From NCBI GenBank assembly GCA_017544165.1, contig JAFYER010000001.1, positions 18,946 to 82,945 on the forward strand: DNA of 64,000 bases, read 5' to 3'. How positions within the stretch are numbered: position 1 is the first letter of the stretch; each line of letters starts with the position of its first letter. Source of the DNA: Bacilli bacterium (GTDB lineage: Bacteria > Bacillota_I > Bacilli_A > RF39 > UBA660). The position numbers and the translations under genes were made by a program. The notes under the pieces were generated by a model. The model searched no databases. It was not told the origin of the DNA and was given only the letters and a program-made list of their open reading frames with translations. Of the stretch, positions 28,447 through 43,702 are shown one piece after another.

Positions 28447-29613
28447 ATGAAAATTAATTTAGCTGTTTTATATGGTGGTAATTCAACTGAGCATGAAATA
28501 AGCATTATTAGTGCTGTTCAAGCAATTAATAATATTGATACAGAAAAATATGAGGTAATACCAATTTATCTTACAAAAGATAGTAAGATGTATACTTCAT
28601 CTAGCTTAACAAAGATGGATGTTTATAAAGATTTGGATAAAATTAAGACGTTAGCTACAGAAGTTCTATTAACTAAAAAAGATAATGATTTTGTTTTAAT
28701 TAAAAATCATTTTCCATATTCAGTAGTCAAAAAGATAGATATTGTTTTGCCAATTATGCATGGCTATAATACGGAAGATGGCTCAATTGCTGGCTTTTTA
28801 GAGGTATTAGGTATTCCATATTGTGAAAGTGATATTTATGCCTCAGTTATTGGTCAAGATAAGATTTTCCAAAAACAAATTTTAAAAGAAAATGGCATTC
28901 CGGTTGTTGATTATGAATACTTTTATGAAAGTGAATATACTCTTGATCAAAATAGTGTAATCAAAAAATTGGAAAAATTAGGATACCCATTGATTGTTAA
29001 ACCTGCAAGACAAGGTAGTAGTGTAGGAATTACAATAGCTAAGGATAAAAAAACTTTAGAAAAAGCTATCGATGATGCCCTAATGTATGATGAAAAAATA
29101 TTAGTTGAAAAAGTAGTCGAAAACTTGACTGAATTAAATTGCTCAGTTCTTGGTGATAATTCATCTTACGAAGCAAGTTTAATTGAACAAGTATTTGGCT
29201 CAGATGAAATTTTATCTTATCAAGATAAATATATGTCTAATAACTCTAAAACCGGAAGTAAAGGTATGGCCTCGACTGGTCGAAAAATTCCTGCGGATAT
29301 TTCAGATGAAATGACTAAAAAGATCGAAGAAATATCAATTGCGGCTTGCCGAGCACTTAATACTAATGGGGTAGTTAGAATTGATTATTTGATGGATAAA
29401 AAGACTAATGAAGTATATCTAAATGAATTAAATATAGTTCCTGGTTCTTTATCATTTTATTTATGGGATCCAAAGGGCGTAAAATATAAGGAATTATTAA
29501 ATAAAATCATTGATTGTGGTGTAAAAAGATATCAAAAGAAATCTAAAAAATTGTCGTCTTTTAAAACAAATGTTTTGGAAGGCTTCAGTGGAACTAAAGG
29601 TGTTAAAAAATAA
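28447..29613 (+). CDS. ddl: D-alanine--D-alanine ligase
   Basis: 388 aa. LYGGNSTEHEISIISA, ATP-grasp core (KPARQGSSVGI; ELNIVPG). Confidence 0.9.
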   Translation: MKINLAVLYGGNSTEHEISIISAVQAINNIDTEKYEVIPIYLTKDSKMYTSSSLTKMDVYKDLDKIKTLATEVLLTKKDNDFVLIKNHFPYSVVKKIDIVLPIMHGYNTEDGSIAGFLEVLGIPYCESDIYASVIGQDKIFQKQILKENGIPVVDYEYFYESEYTLDQNSVIKKLEKLGYPLIVKPARQGSSVGITIAKDKKTLEKAIDDALMYDEKILVEKVVENLTELNCSVLGDNSSYEASLIEQVFGSDEILSYQDKYMSNNSKTGSKGMASTGRKIPADISDEMTKKIEEISIAACRALNTNGVVRIDYLMDKKTNEVYLNELNIVPGSLSFYLWDPKGVKYKELLNKIIDCGVKRYQKKSKKLSSFKTNVLEGFSGTKGVKK

Positions 29614-29638
29614 CTTGCTAAAACAGCAAGTTTTTTTG
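29612..29638 (+). terminator. rho-independent terminator after ddl
   Basis: AACTTGCT-AAAAC-AGCAAGTT followed by TTTTTT. Confidence 0.8.
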
Positions 29639-29657
29639 TTTTTTTAAGGTTATTTAA

Positions 29658-29687
29658 TTGACTAGTAGTTGCATTATTTGATACAAT
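29658..29687 (+). promoter_or_regulatory. candidate promoter of the giant-protein/ATPase operon
   Basis: TTGACT-18 nt-TACAAT between the ddl terminator and the giant ORF. Confidence 0.4.
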
Positions 29688-29714
29688 AATAAATGATTAA
29701 GATAGGTGATAATA

Positions 29715-32700
29715 GTGAAGAATAAATCTTTAATTACTTTAGTAGCAATAAGCTTTTTAATCTTTTTTGGCTTAATTTTTTCTGTCTATAAAATTACTAC
29801 TAAAAAGTCAGAAAGTTTTTATACTAAGGGTTATATTAGCATAAGTGATTTTTCATCTTCAAAAAAGATTTATTTTGATGAGGGCACGAGTTACAAAAGG
29901 GGATATAGTAAACAATTAATATTTAGGGATAGTGAAAATGTTAAAAGAGAAGTACCTAAAGATTCTTTTGTTTTTTATAGTAATAAGTCTATTAATTATT
30001 TGAGCGACGGAGTTCTTATGGATTTAAATGGCCTTAATGGAACATTTATTCCTTATTACAACATTAAAAGTAATTATTTAATCGAGTATAAAGATGGTAG
30101 ATATGTTATTGATGCTAAAGAAAAGGATATTGTTTTAAATAATTTTATTGGTCGAATTAATGAACAAAAATATTTAGTAGCAGGTAATGATTTAAAATTA
30201 AAAGTAAGCAGTTCCGAAAAAATGATTTCTGGGTACTATTTCGAACTTAATTTTGGCGAGGGAAATTTAGTTAAAATTGATAATGATGAAATAAGTTTGG
30301 AAACTGTTAGTGATGAATGCTATATAATGGTTGGCGATGATATCAAAATTGATTTAAGTAAAAAGGTTATTTATTACAAAGATGAAGAAAAAGCTAATCT
30401 TTCGGAAATAATTATCGATAATGATGCCAATATTGATATTGAATATGACGAAAAACAGGGCGGCGGCGGTTCTGGCGAAGGCGGCGAAGGAAATGAAACA
30501 AATACTACACCTGGAGGCCAAACTATTATCGATGAACCTGAATATACGCCTGAAACAGTAATCGAATATAAAAATATTCCATACGTTGAAATAATTAATG
30601 CAAATTCAAGTGCTCATCAAATAGCACTCGATTTTAGAGTTATTGATACAAATAGATTAATTACGGGATCATTAAAGGTTAGATACACAAATCTTAAAAC
30701 TGGTTATTCAGAAGTTAAAGAATACAATAGCTATGCCGGAACGATTAATTATATAATTGATAATTTAACAAGTAATAACGATTATTTAGTAACTATTTAT
30801 GCTTCTTATATGCGTGGTGGAACGCTTTATACTGATTATAGAATGTTCCAACGAGTATTTACAACTAAAACTCTTGGGGTATTGCTAGCCAAAGATTATA
30901 CAACTTCTTCAGAAATAGCTTATAATGTTAATTTTGATGCTGATGCTAATTATGAATCAATAACAATTAGTTTATATGATAAGACAGGCCACAAAATTGA
31001 CTCAAAAACAATTAATCGAACTGCGGGTAATTCCACAATAATATTTGATGGTTTAAATAGTGATGAAAGATACAATATAGCTGTCGAAAGCTTTAATCAT
31101 GGTAACATCACTTATACAGCTGATGATTTTATTGAAAGTGTAGCAACAACATTAAAGAAAAATCCTTTTAGATCATCAGGAACTATTGTAAGCAATCCAA
31201 CTGCGATAATTAATAAAAAAGATTATAATGTCAAATTTAGTCTTGGTGAAATTAACGATTCTAATAATGCTGTGAAATCTGTGGTTTATAATGTATATAA
31301 TGCCAAAGACAATAGTTTAGTTGACACAATTACGAAAGATAATATTGCAGATTTTGAAATCCCATTTGGTGATAAGGTTAAGGCTTATATCGATGGTGAA
31401 GCTCAAACATATTATTTTAATGCTATTGTAACAATGGACGATAATGAAAAATTAGTTGATTATAAAACTTCTAATAGCAATAATTTCAATATGGAAACTA
31501 AGATTTATCCTACACTTAGATATATTTCCGAGGTTCTAACTGCTAATACTGCAAGAGGTAAATTTATTATAACCGATACTGATAATGCGATTGATACAAC
31601 AAAACAAGTATATGTTGAATATACTGATACTCTTGGAATTAAAGGTACAAAAGCTTTAGAATACACTACATGTCCAGAAGATGAAAGCGCTACTTCAAAA
31701 TGTATAAATATGTATATTGATGGGTTAAATAGTAGTGAAAGTTATACATTAAGTTTAATGGCTTATGTAGATACTAAAGATAAAGACGTAACTCCTGGGG
31801 TTGTTCAAATTGGTGCTGTTAAAGTCGTTACTGAAAAAGCAGATATAATTTTGACAAATATATCATCTAGAGATCTTGAAATCGAGGAAGCTACATCAAA
31901 GATGTTTGAATTAAGTATTGGCTTTAGCATTGATGAAATAACTGATGAAGCTATTAAGAATAATATGTCTAGTTTCGATATCCTTTTATATGAAGGGTCT
32001 GATATTAATGGTATTTATTTAGCTACCCTTCATGTTGACCATGATATTGTAAATGATTATTTTGATAATACCAAAACACTTACTTTAGGTGATTTTAATT
32101 TAACACTCGATGCAATTAGAAACATGCATATTGCTGAAGGAACACAAATATCTAAACGATATACTATTCGCTTAACAAATGGTATAAGCGGAACTGATTA
32201 TGTTGAATTTAAACCTTATACATTTACTTTTGAAATTAATTCCGCTTTGCTTGATATTTTAAATGGCAATTGTGAAATACAAGTAACACCTATTCTAAAT
32301 GGTAGTTTAGCTACTAAAGTTAGTGGTCTTGAGGATAACACCATAGTAGGCTTAAAAGTTACACCAACATTTGCTAATAAATTCTATGCCAAAAAGATAA
32401 ATATTACAATAATTGATGTCACAAGTAATTATAATAATTATGAATTAAATTCGACAAATAACATAAAAAAATCATTTAGTCTTAATCTTGAAAATAATAG
32501 TGTTATACCAGAGTATGAATTTTTAATGAGTGATGAAAGCTTATATTTAAATGATACTCAATTTTTGAAACGTGGTAGAGTATATAGAGTAATGTATACT
32601 GTTGAACTGGATTTAAACGGTGATGGTATTGCTGATATTGTATATCCATTTTCAAATAATGATGTTACAAAACCAGAGCCTGTTGTTTCAAATCCAATTG

Positions 32701-35693
32701 AAGTTCCAAAGCAATTGCCTTCGATGATGATATTCCCATGGGTAAGTGATAGCAATTCAGTTACTTATAAATATCATGCTGATGATATTGATGGAGCTTT
32801 ACAAGAAAATTACAATGTATCGTATACTATTGGTGACAATAATCACACAGGTCAAAAGGTTACATGTGCAAATCCAAGTGGGGTATCAAATTATACTTCA
32901 AAATACGATTGTGTTAAGATAACAGACTTAAACAAAAATGATAATTATAATATTTATGTGGTTCCATCATTAATTGATGGAAAAACTTCTGATAAATTAA
33001 TCATTAATAATTATACATTTGAATCCATTCACAATATTAGTAATTTAAGTTATGAAGTTTTAAAAGATGAATATAATAACCTTGCATTTAACAATCTTTT
33101 AGTCTTAAAAGTAAATGATGAAAATTTAGATAATAGTATTTTAAATACTGTTGCCTTTTATACACTTGAACTAAGCATTGATAATGGTAGCAAAAAATTC
33201 AAAATTGATAATATAACTGGTAGTAAGTCAAGTAATCCATTAAGTTCCAATTTAATTAATTATACATCTTCATCAGATAATATTTCATGGTCCTCAAGTG
33301 AAGGAACAGCATTATCTAAAGTTGCTTATGTTAATGATTGTGATGAAAATGGTGGTACTTGTATATACGTCGACTATTCAAAATTATATACATCTAGTAA
33401 ATTTAAAAATGTATTTTCATCCTTCAAGGATAAAAATATTAATATTTCGCTAAGTGCATATTATGATTCGGGCGTTGTGGGCTATAGTTCTGGTCAAGGT
33501 CAAAAATATGCTTTTCAAGTAGTATCTAGTGATAATATAACTTTTAAAAGTCAAACAATAAATAATAAATATTTTATTTTAAACAAATCGAACGCTAATA
33601 ATGATAGTAATATTGAGTTTAATACATCAGCACTTTCTGCAGTTTATCTTTATGATAGTGCAGAAGGGGGATTTGTTGATGATAAAGCTGCTGATAATGA
33701 TTTTGGCAAAGGTAAGATGTATTTTATCAACTCAATATATACAAATCTTCGGAACGTGACGGGCTGGGCTAATGTCGATTATACTGTTAATACACAAGGT
33801 ATTGTAGTTAATTTAGGAACTAGACCAGGTATAAGTGTTCCTGTTGTTGCAAAACTATTAAATAGTTCAATAGTTGGTGAAGACCAATCATTTAGATTTG
33901 ACCGAGTTGTACCATCACTAAATATAAATTTATCGCTACCTACTTTAAATGGTGTTAAACTTGGAATGGATTTGAGTGGAGTAACCGAAGAGGAAATAAC
34001 AGTTGAAAATGGTAAACGATATGTTTATTTAGAGGTTTATGATAATAATGAGACTCTTGTCAAAACTATCAAGATTAATAAAGATAATTTAACTAGTCAA
34101 AGTGGTAGCATTCAAAATAATAAGTTTAATATTGTAATTGATGATGATTATAAAGTCGAATTAGTTACAGTTAAGGTCAATAATGCTGATGTAAATACTA
34201 ATGCCTATTCATACAATTATAAAACCGGAGAAATTGTTTTCAAAGATGAGACTAGTGGTAGCATTGATATTACTTATCGAGTTGTTATCGATAATTTGGT
34301 TCACGCAAGTGCTTATAAGATTAAAGCGTATACTAAAATGGATGGCCATGGAAACGTTTATTTAGCAGGCCATAATGGTACTTTCTACGAAAATAAATAT
34401 CAAACTTTAGAGCATTCATTCACAACTAAAGATACAAACTCAGTAACAATCCAAAATGCTAGGTATGATGTTGAATCAGATCTTGATTATGCTACAAGAA
34501 GGCTTATAACCACTTATAATATTGATGATATTATTGGCATCGATAATTTGGCATATGAAATATGTAATAACAATAATGTTTGTGTTGATGCTACAAAATA
34601 TATAAATTGTAGTAATGATTATAATCATTTTGATGGATCTTGTTTCAATAAGGACAATGGTTATGATGTGAAAATTAAGCATGATATCAGCATTGCTGAG
34701 AACTATGATTTTGAATTTAATACTAGTTATACTTTAAAAATTAATGCCAAAATATTAGAAAACGGTACGTTAAATTCATATGAAATATATAATAATAGTT
34801 TATCTTTAAGATCACTTGCTTTGCCGACAATTAACGTTGTCAAAAAGAGTCATTTCGATAGTAATCATAACCCTTACTTAGAGTTTGAAGTAACTTTTAA
34901 AGATGATGATCGAGTAGTAAGTATTCCAACTGGCGGTATCAATAATGGCACATATAACGTATATTTAGCAACTGGTTCAGAGAAGATTAAAGTTATAGGT
35001 ACCGACGATGTATTAAATATCGTCCAAGATAATGCTATTCATACGGCCACTGTTAGATATAATAATTTAAATAAATTAACTGAGTATTATTTAATTGTTG
35101 AGTATAATACTCACGCTAATAACATTGGCAGTAGTGTAAATCAATCTTTTTCAGTACCATATTTGATTTATACACTTGATGATAATGGTGTAAGTATAGG
35201 TAAACTTGAATATCAAGCCCAAAAGACTGCTACAATATTAAAATTTGGTTATGCGACAAATATTCTTGAAGAAAAGATTCTTAATGAGAATAATGAATTA
35301 ATTGATGATCCACTTCAAGAAGCGTATGTAGCGGGAATTAATTATACAATCACCAGAAAAAGTGGAGATAACTTATTTAAGATGGATGGAAGTATTATTT
35401 TCAATAATAGTCATATCACAATTAAAGAAGATGATTCATCTTTAGGGGACAAATATTATGAACTTGTTATTAACCATGGTGTTGATGATGAATATATTTC
35501 GGGTTATCCAGTAACAGCAGGTTATAATATTATCTTTAAATTTTATTTAGGCGGCAATATTGCTAAAGATTTAAATACTGAGAGTTTATGTCTAGATAAT
35601 AATGTTTCAAACAGATGGGATAATGTAAAAAATAAATGTTATATCTTAGATACTGGTGAAGCTTATAAAGCTGATACAATTTATGGAGGATAG
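29715..35693 (+). CDS. giant membrane-anchored surface protein with many beta-sandwich (Ig/FN3-like) repeats
   Basis: About 1,992 aa. I prefer GTG 29715, which lies 6 nt after TAGGTG (the track ORF starts at 29706). It has an N-terminal TM helix, a ~200-aa juxtamembrane module, a Gly-rich linker QGGGGSGEGGEGNETN, then more than 10 divergent ~100-aa repeats with the recurring pattern ..Y.V.......L.S...Y.I... Confidence 0.7.
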   Translation: MKNKSLITLVAISFLIFFGLIFSVYKITTKKSESFYTKGYISISDFSSSKKIYFDEGTSYKRGYSKQLIFRDSENVKREVPKDSFVFYSNKSINYLSDGVLMDLNGLNGTFIPYYNIKSNYLIEYKDGRYVIDAKEKDIVLNNFIGRINEQKYLVAGNDLKLKVSSSEKMISGYYFELNFGEGNLVKIDNDEISLETVSDECYIMVGDDIKIDLSKKVIYYKDEEKANLSEIIIDNDANIDIEYDEKQGGGGSGEGGEGNETNTTPGGQTIIDEPEYTPETVIEYKNIPYVEIINANSSAHQIALDFRVIDTNRLITGSLKVRYTNLKTGYSEVKEYNSYAGTINYIIDNLTSNNDYLVTIYASYMRGGTLYTDYRMFQRVFTTKTLGVLLAKDYTTSSEIAYNVNFDADANYESITISLYDKTGHKIDSKTINRTAGNSTIIFDGLNSDERYNIAVESFNHGNITYTADDFIESVATTLKKNPFRSSGTIVSNPTAIINKKDYNVKFSLGEINDSNNAVKSVVYNVYNAKDNSLVDTITKDNIADFEIPFGDKVKAYIDGEAQTYYFNAIVTMDDNEKLVDYKTSNSNNFNMETKIYPTLRYISEVLTANTARGKFIITDTDNAIDTTKQVYVEYTDTLGIKGTKALEYTTCPEDESATSKCINMYIDGLNSSESYTLSLMAYVDTKDKDVTPGVVQIGAVKVVTEKADIILTNISSRDLEIEEATSKMFELSIGFSIDEITDEAIKNNMSSFDILLYEGSDINGIYLATLHVDHDIVNDYFDNTKTLTLGDFNLTLDAIRNMHIAEGTQISKRYTIRLTNGISGTDYVEFKPYTFTFEINSALLDILNGNCEIQVTPILNGSLATKVSGLEDNTIVGLKVTPTFANKFYAKKINITIIDVTSNYNNYELNSTNNIKKSFSLNLENNSVIPEYEFLMSDESLYLNDTQFLKRGRVYRVMYTVELDLNGDGIADIVYPFSNNDVTKPEPVVSNPIEVPKQLPSMMIFPWVSDSNSVTYKYHADDIDGALQENYNVSYTIGDNNHTGQKVTCANPSGVSNYTSKYDCVKITDLNKNDNYNIYVVPSLIDGKTSDKLIINNYTFESIHNISNLSYEVLKDEYNNLAFNNLLVLKVNDENLDNSILNTVAFYTLELSIDNGSKKFKIDNITGSKSSNPLSSNLINYTSSSDNISWSSSEGTALSKVAYVNDCDENGGTCIYVDYSKLYTSSKFKNVFSSFKDKNINISLSAYYDSGVVGYSSGQGQKYAFQVVSSDNITFKSQTINNKYFILNKSNANNDSNIEFNTSALSAVYLYDSAEGGFVDDKAADNDFGKGKMYFINSIYTNLRNVTGWANVDYTVNTQGIVVNLGTRPGISVPVVAKLLNSSIVGEDQSFRFDRVVPSLNINLSLPTLNGVKLGMDLSGVTEEEITVENGKRYVYLEVYDNNETLVKTIKINKDNLTSQSGSIQNNKFNIVIDDDYKVELVTVKVNNADVNTNAYSYNYKTGEIVFKDETSGSIDITYRVVIDNLVHASAYKIKAYTKMDGHGNVYLAGHNGTFYENKYQTLEHSFTTKDTNSVTIQNARYDVESDLDYATRRLITTYNIDDIIGIDNLAYEICNNNNVCVDATKYINCSNDYNHFDGSCFNKDNGYDVKIKHDISIAENYDFEFNTSYTLKINAKILENGTLNSYEIYNNSLSLRSLALPTINVVKKSHFDSNHNPYLEFEVTFKDDDRVVSIPTGGINNGTYNVYLATGSEKIKVIGTDDVLNIVQDNAIHTATVRYNNLNKLTEYYLIVEYNTHANNIGSSVNQSFSVPYLIYTLDDNGVSIGKLEYQAQKTATILKFGYATNILEEKILNENNELIDDPLQEAYVAGINYTITRKSGDNLFKMDGSIIFNNSHITIKEDDSSLGDKYYELVINHGVDDEYISGYPVTAGYNIIFKFYLGGNIAKDLNTESLCLDNNVSNRWDNVKNKCYILDTGEAYKADTIYGG

Positions 35694-35699
35694 GGTAAT

Positions 35700-37321
<1,622 letters not shown>

Positions 37322-37324
37322 TAT

Positions 37325-38060
37325 ATGGAAGTAATTGTATTAATTGTAATTATTTCTTTACTAACTGTCGTTTTATTCTTTGCTTTAAAAAAGCTTATAG
37401 ATAATATAACAAATGATAGTAAAGAGTATTATTTCAAAAAGGTTCAAGATTACGATCAAAAATTACTTGATAGAGAAAATGCTTTAAAAGATCTTGAACC
37501 TAATGAGATAAAAACTAATAATAATAGTAATAATGAGAATGAAAAGGGAAATAGAAATTATGAGATTGATAAAGGCTTTTTAGATGTCGTAAGTAACACT
37601 GATTATGAAACCGCTAATGCATTAAAAATAGCTAATCGCGTTGATGAAATTTTTCAAATAGATGAAGAAAAGATTATTAAAGATTTCATCACTAATTGTA
37701 AATATAATAAGAATTATAAAATATATGAAACATTACAAGCTCGTTTTAGTCCTAACTTAATATACAAGCTTAGAATGTTAAATCGAGATGGACAAATAAC
37801 GGCTATTAGTAAAATAATCAGTGATGAAGAATACGAAGTTTTTAATGCTTATATCAAATCACATAAATTTAAACTTGATAAGTTTTTACTTGATTTAGAT
37901 TCGGTTATTAAGAATAATAAACCGGAAATAGAAGTAATCGTAGGCAATCACTCAAAAAATTATGATTACTTATCTCCATATATTAAAACCACTTATAGTG
38001 AAGATGTATATAAGGGAATAATTATTAAATATCAAGATCGTATATACGATTATAGTATTA

Positions 38061-38077
<17 letters not shown>
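37325..38077 (+). CDS. single-TM coiled-coil protein, candidate b/delta-like stalk component
   Basis: 250 aa with an N-terminal TM helix followed by a charged helical region. Only its position between the c-like and alpha-like genes supports the call. Confidence 0.35.
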
Positions 38078-40995
<2,918 letters not shown>

Positions 40996-41003
<8 letters not shown>

Positions 41004-41511
41004 ATTAAGAGAGGTTCTAAATAGTTATCTTTACTTTGGCGTTGTTTTTGCAGTTTTTCTAGTGTTTCTTGCTTATGTGCTTTTATTTGTAAGTGGCAAG
41101 AAAAAAAGAAAATCATATTATCTATTTGGACTTCTTTTAGATTTTAGTAACGGGCAAGTGTTGGCATTATCACTCATAATTATTAATTTTTTACTTCTTG
41201 TTTATACATTACTTTTCAAAATAAAATTATCAATTAGTTTTGCGCTTGTCAGTTTATTATTAATTTTAATTGCGTTTGCTGTTATAAAAAGTGCTAAGTA
41301 TTTACTTATCAATGGAACAATTAATTTAGTTAATTTAGGATATATTTATTTAGCAAATTTAGTAAATACACTTAGATTGGAAAACACAGCAGGATCATAC
41401 ATTTTACAAATAATGATAAATGTATTAGGAGTATTATTTTATTTATTTACTTCCTTAAAGTTTTTTAGAAATATTCAGGGAAAGGAGTATCAAAATGAAA
41501 AAAATAGTTGA
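40996..41511 (+). CDS. polytopic membrane protein (about 4-5 TM) of the ATPase cluster
   Basis: 171 aa, very hydrophobic. The single intramembrane Arg in NTLRLENTAGS only vaguely recalls the a-subunit RL..N motif. Confidence 0.5.
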
Positions 41512-42223
41512 TATGATTAAAAGAAATTATATTGCTTTTACTATTTTTATGGTAATTTTCTTAGTAATTATTGCTTCGATTATCACAATTAGTGTTATTA
41601 GTCATAATCGTCATAAAATAGTTACTGAAAATGAAACAATTAGTTTATATCAATATATTGGTAAAATGAAAAACTCCTTCGAAGCGGATATTACTTATGA
41701 AGATGGACAAATAACTAAGATATCATCCTCTAAATACAGTATTGTAGATAGTATAATATATTACAAAGATAAAGATAAAGCTATTATTCCATATGATAGT
41801 GAAATAGTATTTTATTATAGAGATAATTTAACATATCAGTTGCCTAAATATAGTACACTAGGTAGCAACAAATATTTAAAAACAATAAATGTCGAAGGCA
41901 TAGATTATAGCGTGGATAACTTTATAATATATGATGGAAAAGATAATTATTTCTTACCTGATGCAAGTACTCTAACACTTGATGGCGAAAAAATAGAATT
42001 AAGTCCACTAAGTTATATTGAGGCAAATAGAGCTACCCTTATTTATTATGATTATGCTAAAAACAAAATAACAGTAAAGGAAAATGTTAAAGTTGCTAAT
42101 TTAAAAATAAATGATGCCAACATTGATTTGTTTGGCGATGTAGTTGTTTATAATAATAAAAGTATGCTAATTGACAGCGATGTAAAAAAGTATTCTATAT
42201 ATAAGGTAGAAAAGGAGGATTAA
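41495..42223 (+). CDS. single-pass membrane protein sharing the juxtamembrane module of the two surface proteins
   Basis: 242 aa. TM helix followed by a module alignable by eye to residues ~40-230 of the giant protein (NFIIYDGKDNYFLP vs NFIGRINEQKYLVAG; LKINDANIDL vs IIDNDANIDI). Confidence 0.55.
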   Translation: MKKIVDMIKRNYIAFTIFMVIFLVIIASIITISVISHNRHKIVTENETISLYQYIGKMKNSFEADITYEDGQITKISSSKYSIVDSIIYYKDKDKAIIPYDSEIVFYYRDNLTYQLPKYSTLGSNKYLKTINVEGIDYSVDNFIIYDGKDNYFLPDASTLTLDGEKIELSPLSYIEANRATLIYYDYAKNKITVKENVKVANLKINDANIDLFGDVVVYNNKSMLIDSDVKKYSIYKVEKED

Positions 42224-42224
42224 A

Positions 42225-42563
42225 ATGGAAGAAAACTATGTAGGTAAAACACTAAAAGATGACAAAGAAAATGAGTATATTATTCTTTCCCAAATTCGTT
42301 ATAAGAGTTTACCATGTGTTTATGCAATGAAAAATGATTCTAATGAAAGTGGTGAAAAAACATTTTTCCAAGTTGTAGTTGGCAAAAATCCTCATTTAAT
42401 GGAAATTAAAAGTGAAAAAATGAAAAAAACACTTTATGATTTAATGTTTAAAGAATCTATTAAAGAAGAAAAACCTCGTAAAATAAAAGATAATGAAAGT
42501 ATTACCGATTATTTTGCTTATTTAGATGATTATTATAAAACAAAAGTGACAACCATTTTATAG
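42225..42563 (+). CDS. small soluble protein of the ATPase cluster, unknown function
   Basis: 112-aa ORF tightly packed between its neighbours. I recognise no motif. Confidence 0.45.
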   Translation: MEENYVGKTLKDDKENEYIILSQIRYKSLPCVYAMKNDSNESGEKTFFQVVVGKNPHLMEIKSEKMKKTLYDLMFKESIKEEKPRKIKDNESITDYFAYLDDYYKTKVTTIL

Positions 42564-42571
42564 GAGGCACT

Positions 42572-43363
42572 ATGCGTAATATTAAACCAATTGTACAAGT
42601 TATGAATTTGTTCTCTCTTGTTCGAATTAATGCCGCGAAAACCCGGGTTGAAGAATTTGGTATGACAAGTTCCGTTTTGACGAGAATTATATCTTCGATT
42701 ATGTATAATGATAATATTGTACTTGATAAGAATAATGTAGTGCCAGATCCCACTAAACCGGTATTAAATATATATATTGCTTCTGACTTTGGTTTTTGCT
42801 CGACATATAATCAAGTTGTTTCAAATAAAATTAAAGAGACAAAAGATGCTTATAAAATTATTATTGGCAAGAAAATAGTTTATAATGATGATAAAACGGT
42901 AATGAAACTTTCGAAAGAAAACTTTTATGAAGATTTACCGATGATTAAAGACTTTCTTGTAAAAGCTGTCAATAATCGTGATTATAGTCAAATAAATATT
43001 TTTTACAATCATTATTACAATTATTCACGTAGTGATTTTACATCACTTCAAGTATTTCCAGTTGAATATAACGAAGAAGCAAAAGAAGATGTTGATTTCC
43101 TAGTGGAGACTGATATTGTCAGTTTTATCAATAATTTAATTGCTTATTATGTATGTTATCAACTAGAAATCTGTGAAGTCTTTTCTTGGGCTTCTGAAAA
43201 CGTTATTAGAAATACGATGACCGCCTCATCATTAAAAAAGATTGATGAACTTGAGTCAATTGAAAGGGTAAAAGCGATAAGAGAACAAAGGGAAAAAAGT
43301 TTGAAAAAGAACATAGAAAATTCTAAAAAAGTTATTTTTACAGATTATGAAGAGTTAGTTTGA
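42572..43363 (+). CDS. F1 gamma-subunit-like protein
   Basis: 263 aa. The N-terminal helix MRNIKPIVQVMNLFSLVRINAAKTRV and the C-terminal WASENVIRNTMTASSLKKIDEL match the gamma pattern (..I..I......I..AM.....K / ASE...R..AM..A..N...L). Confidence 0.55.
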   Translation: MRNIKPIVQVMNLFSLVRINAAKTRVEEFGMTSSVLTRIISSIMYNDNIVLDKNNVVPDPTKPVLNIYIASDFGFCSTYNQVVSNKIKETKDAYKIIIGKKIVYNDDKTVMKLSKENFYEDLPMIKDFLVKAVNNRDYSQINIFYNHYYNYSRSDFTSLQVFPVEYNEEAKEDVDFLVETDIVSFINNLIAYYVCYQLEICEVFSWASENVIRNTMTASSLKKIDELESIERVKAIREQREKSLKKNIENSKKVIFTDYEELV

Positions 43364-43386
43364 CAAAAAAGTTGATGTATTATAAA
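43359..43386 (+). promoter_or_regulatory. candidate promoter of flp
   Basis: TTGACA-16 nt-TATAAA, overlapping the stop codon of the gamma-like gene. Confidence 0.45.
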
Positions 43387-43406
43387 ATTATTATGGAGAT
43401 AGTGTT

Positions 43407-43601
43407 ATGAATAAAAAAGGACAAGCATTAGTGGAGTATATTTTAATAATTGCCCTGATAAGTGTAGTAATAATTGCACTTGTAAATTATTTTGGTGGTT
43501 ATTTAAAAGATGTCATTACTAAATCATCATGTTCGATGTTGGGTCAAACTTATGTCGCAGGGGAAAAACCTGGCGATGGTGTATGTTCAAATAGTGAATA
43601 G
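43407..43601 (+). CDS. flp: Flp/Fap-family type IVb pilin
   Basis: 64 aa. MNKKGQALVEYILIIALISVVIIAL carries the Flp G/xxxxEY processing motif followed by a hydrophobic helix. Confidence 0.8.
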   Translation: MNKKGQALVEYILIIALISVVIIALVNYFGGYLKDVITKSSCSMLGQTYVAGEKPGDGVCSNSE

Positions 43602-43605
43602 ACTA

Positions 43606-43629
43606 AACAAGGGTTGCCTTGTTTTTTTA
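43606..43629 (+). terminator. rho-independent terminator after flp
   Basis: AAACAAGG-GTTG-CCTTGTTT followed by TTTT. Confidence 0.8.
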
Positions 43630-43702
43630 TTGCTTTGCTAAAGTTGAATTATTTGTTCTAATTTGATAAAATATAGTTGTATTTCTAAAAAGAGGGATAA
43701 TT

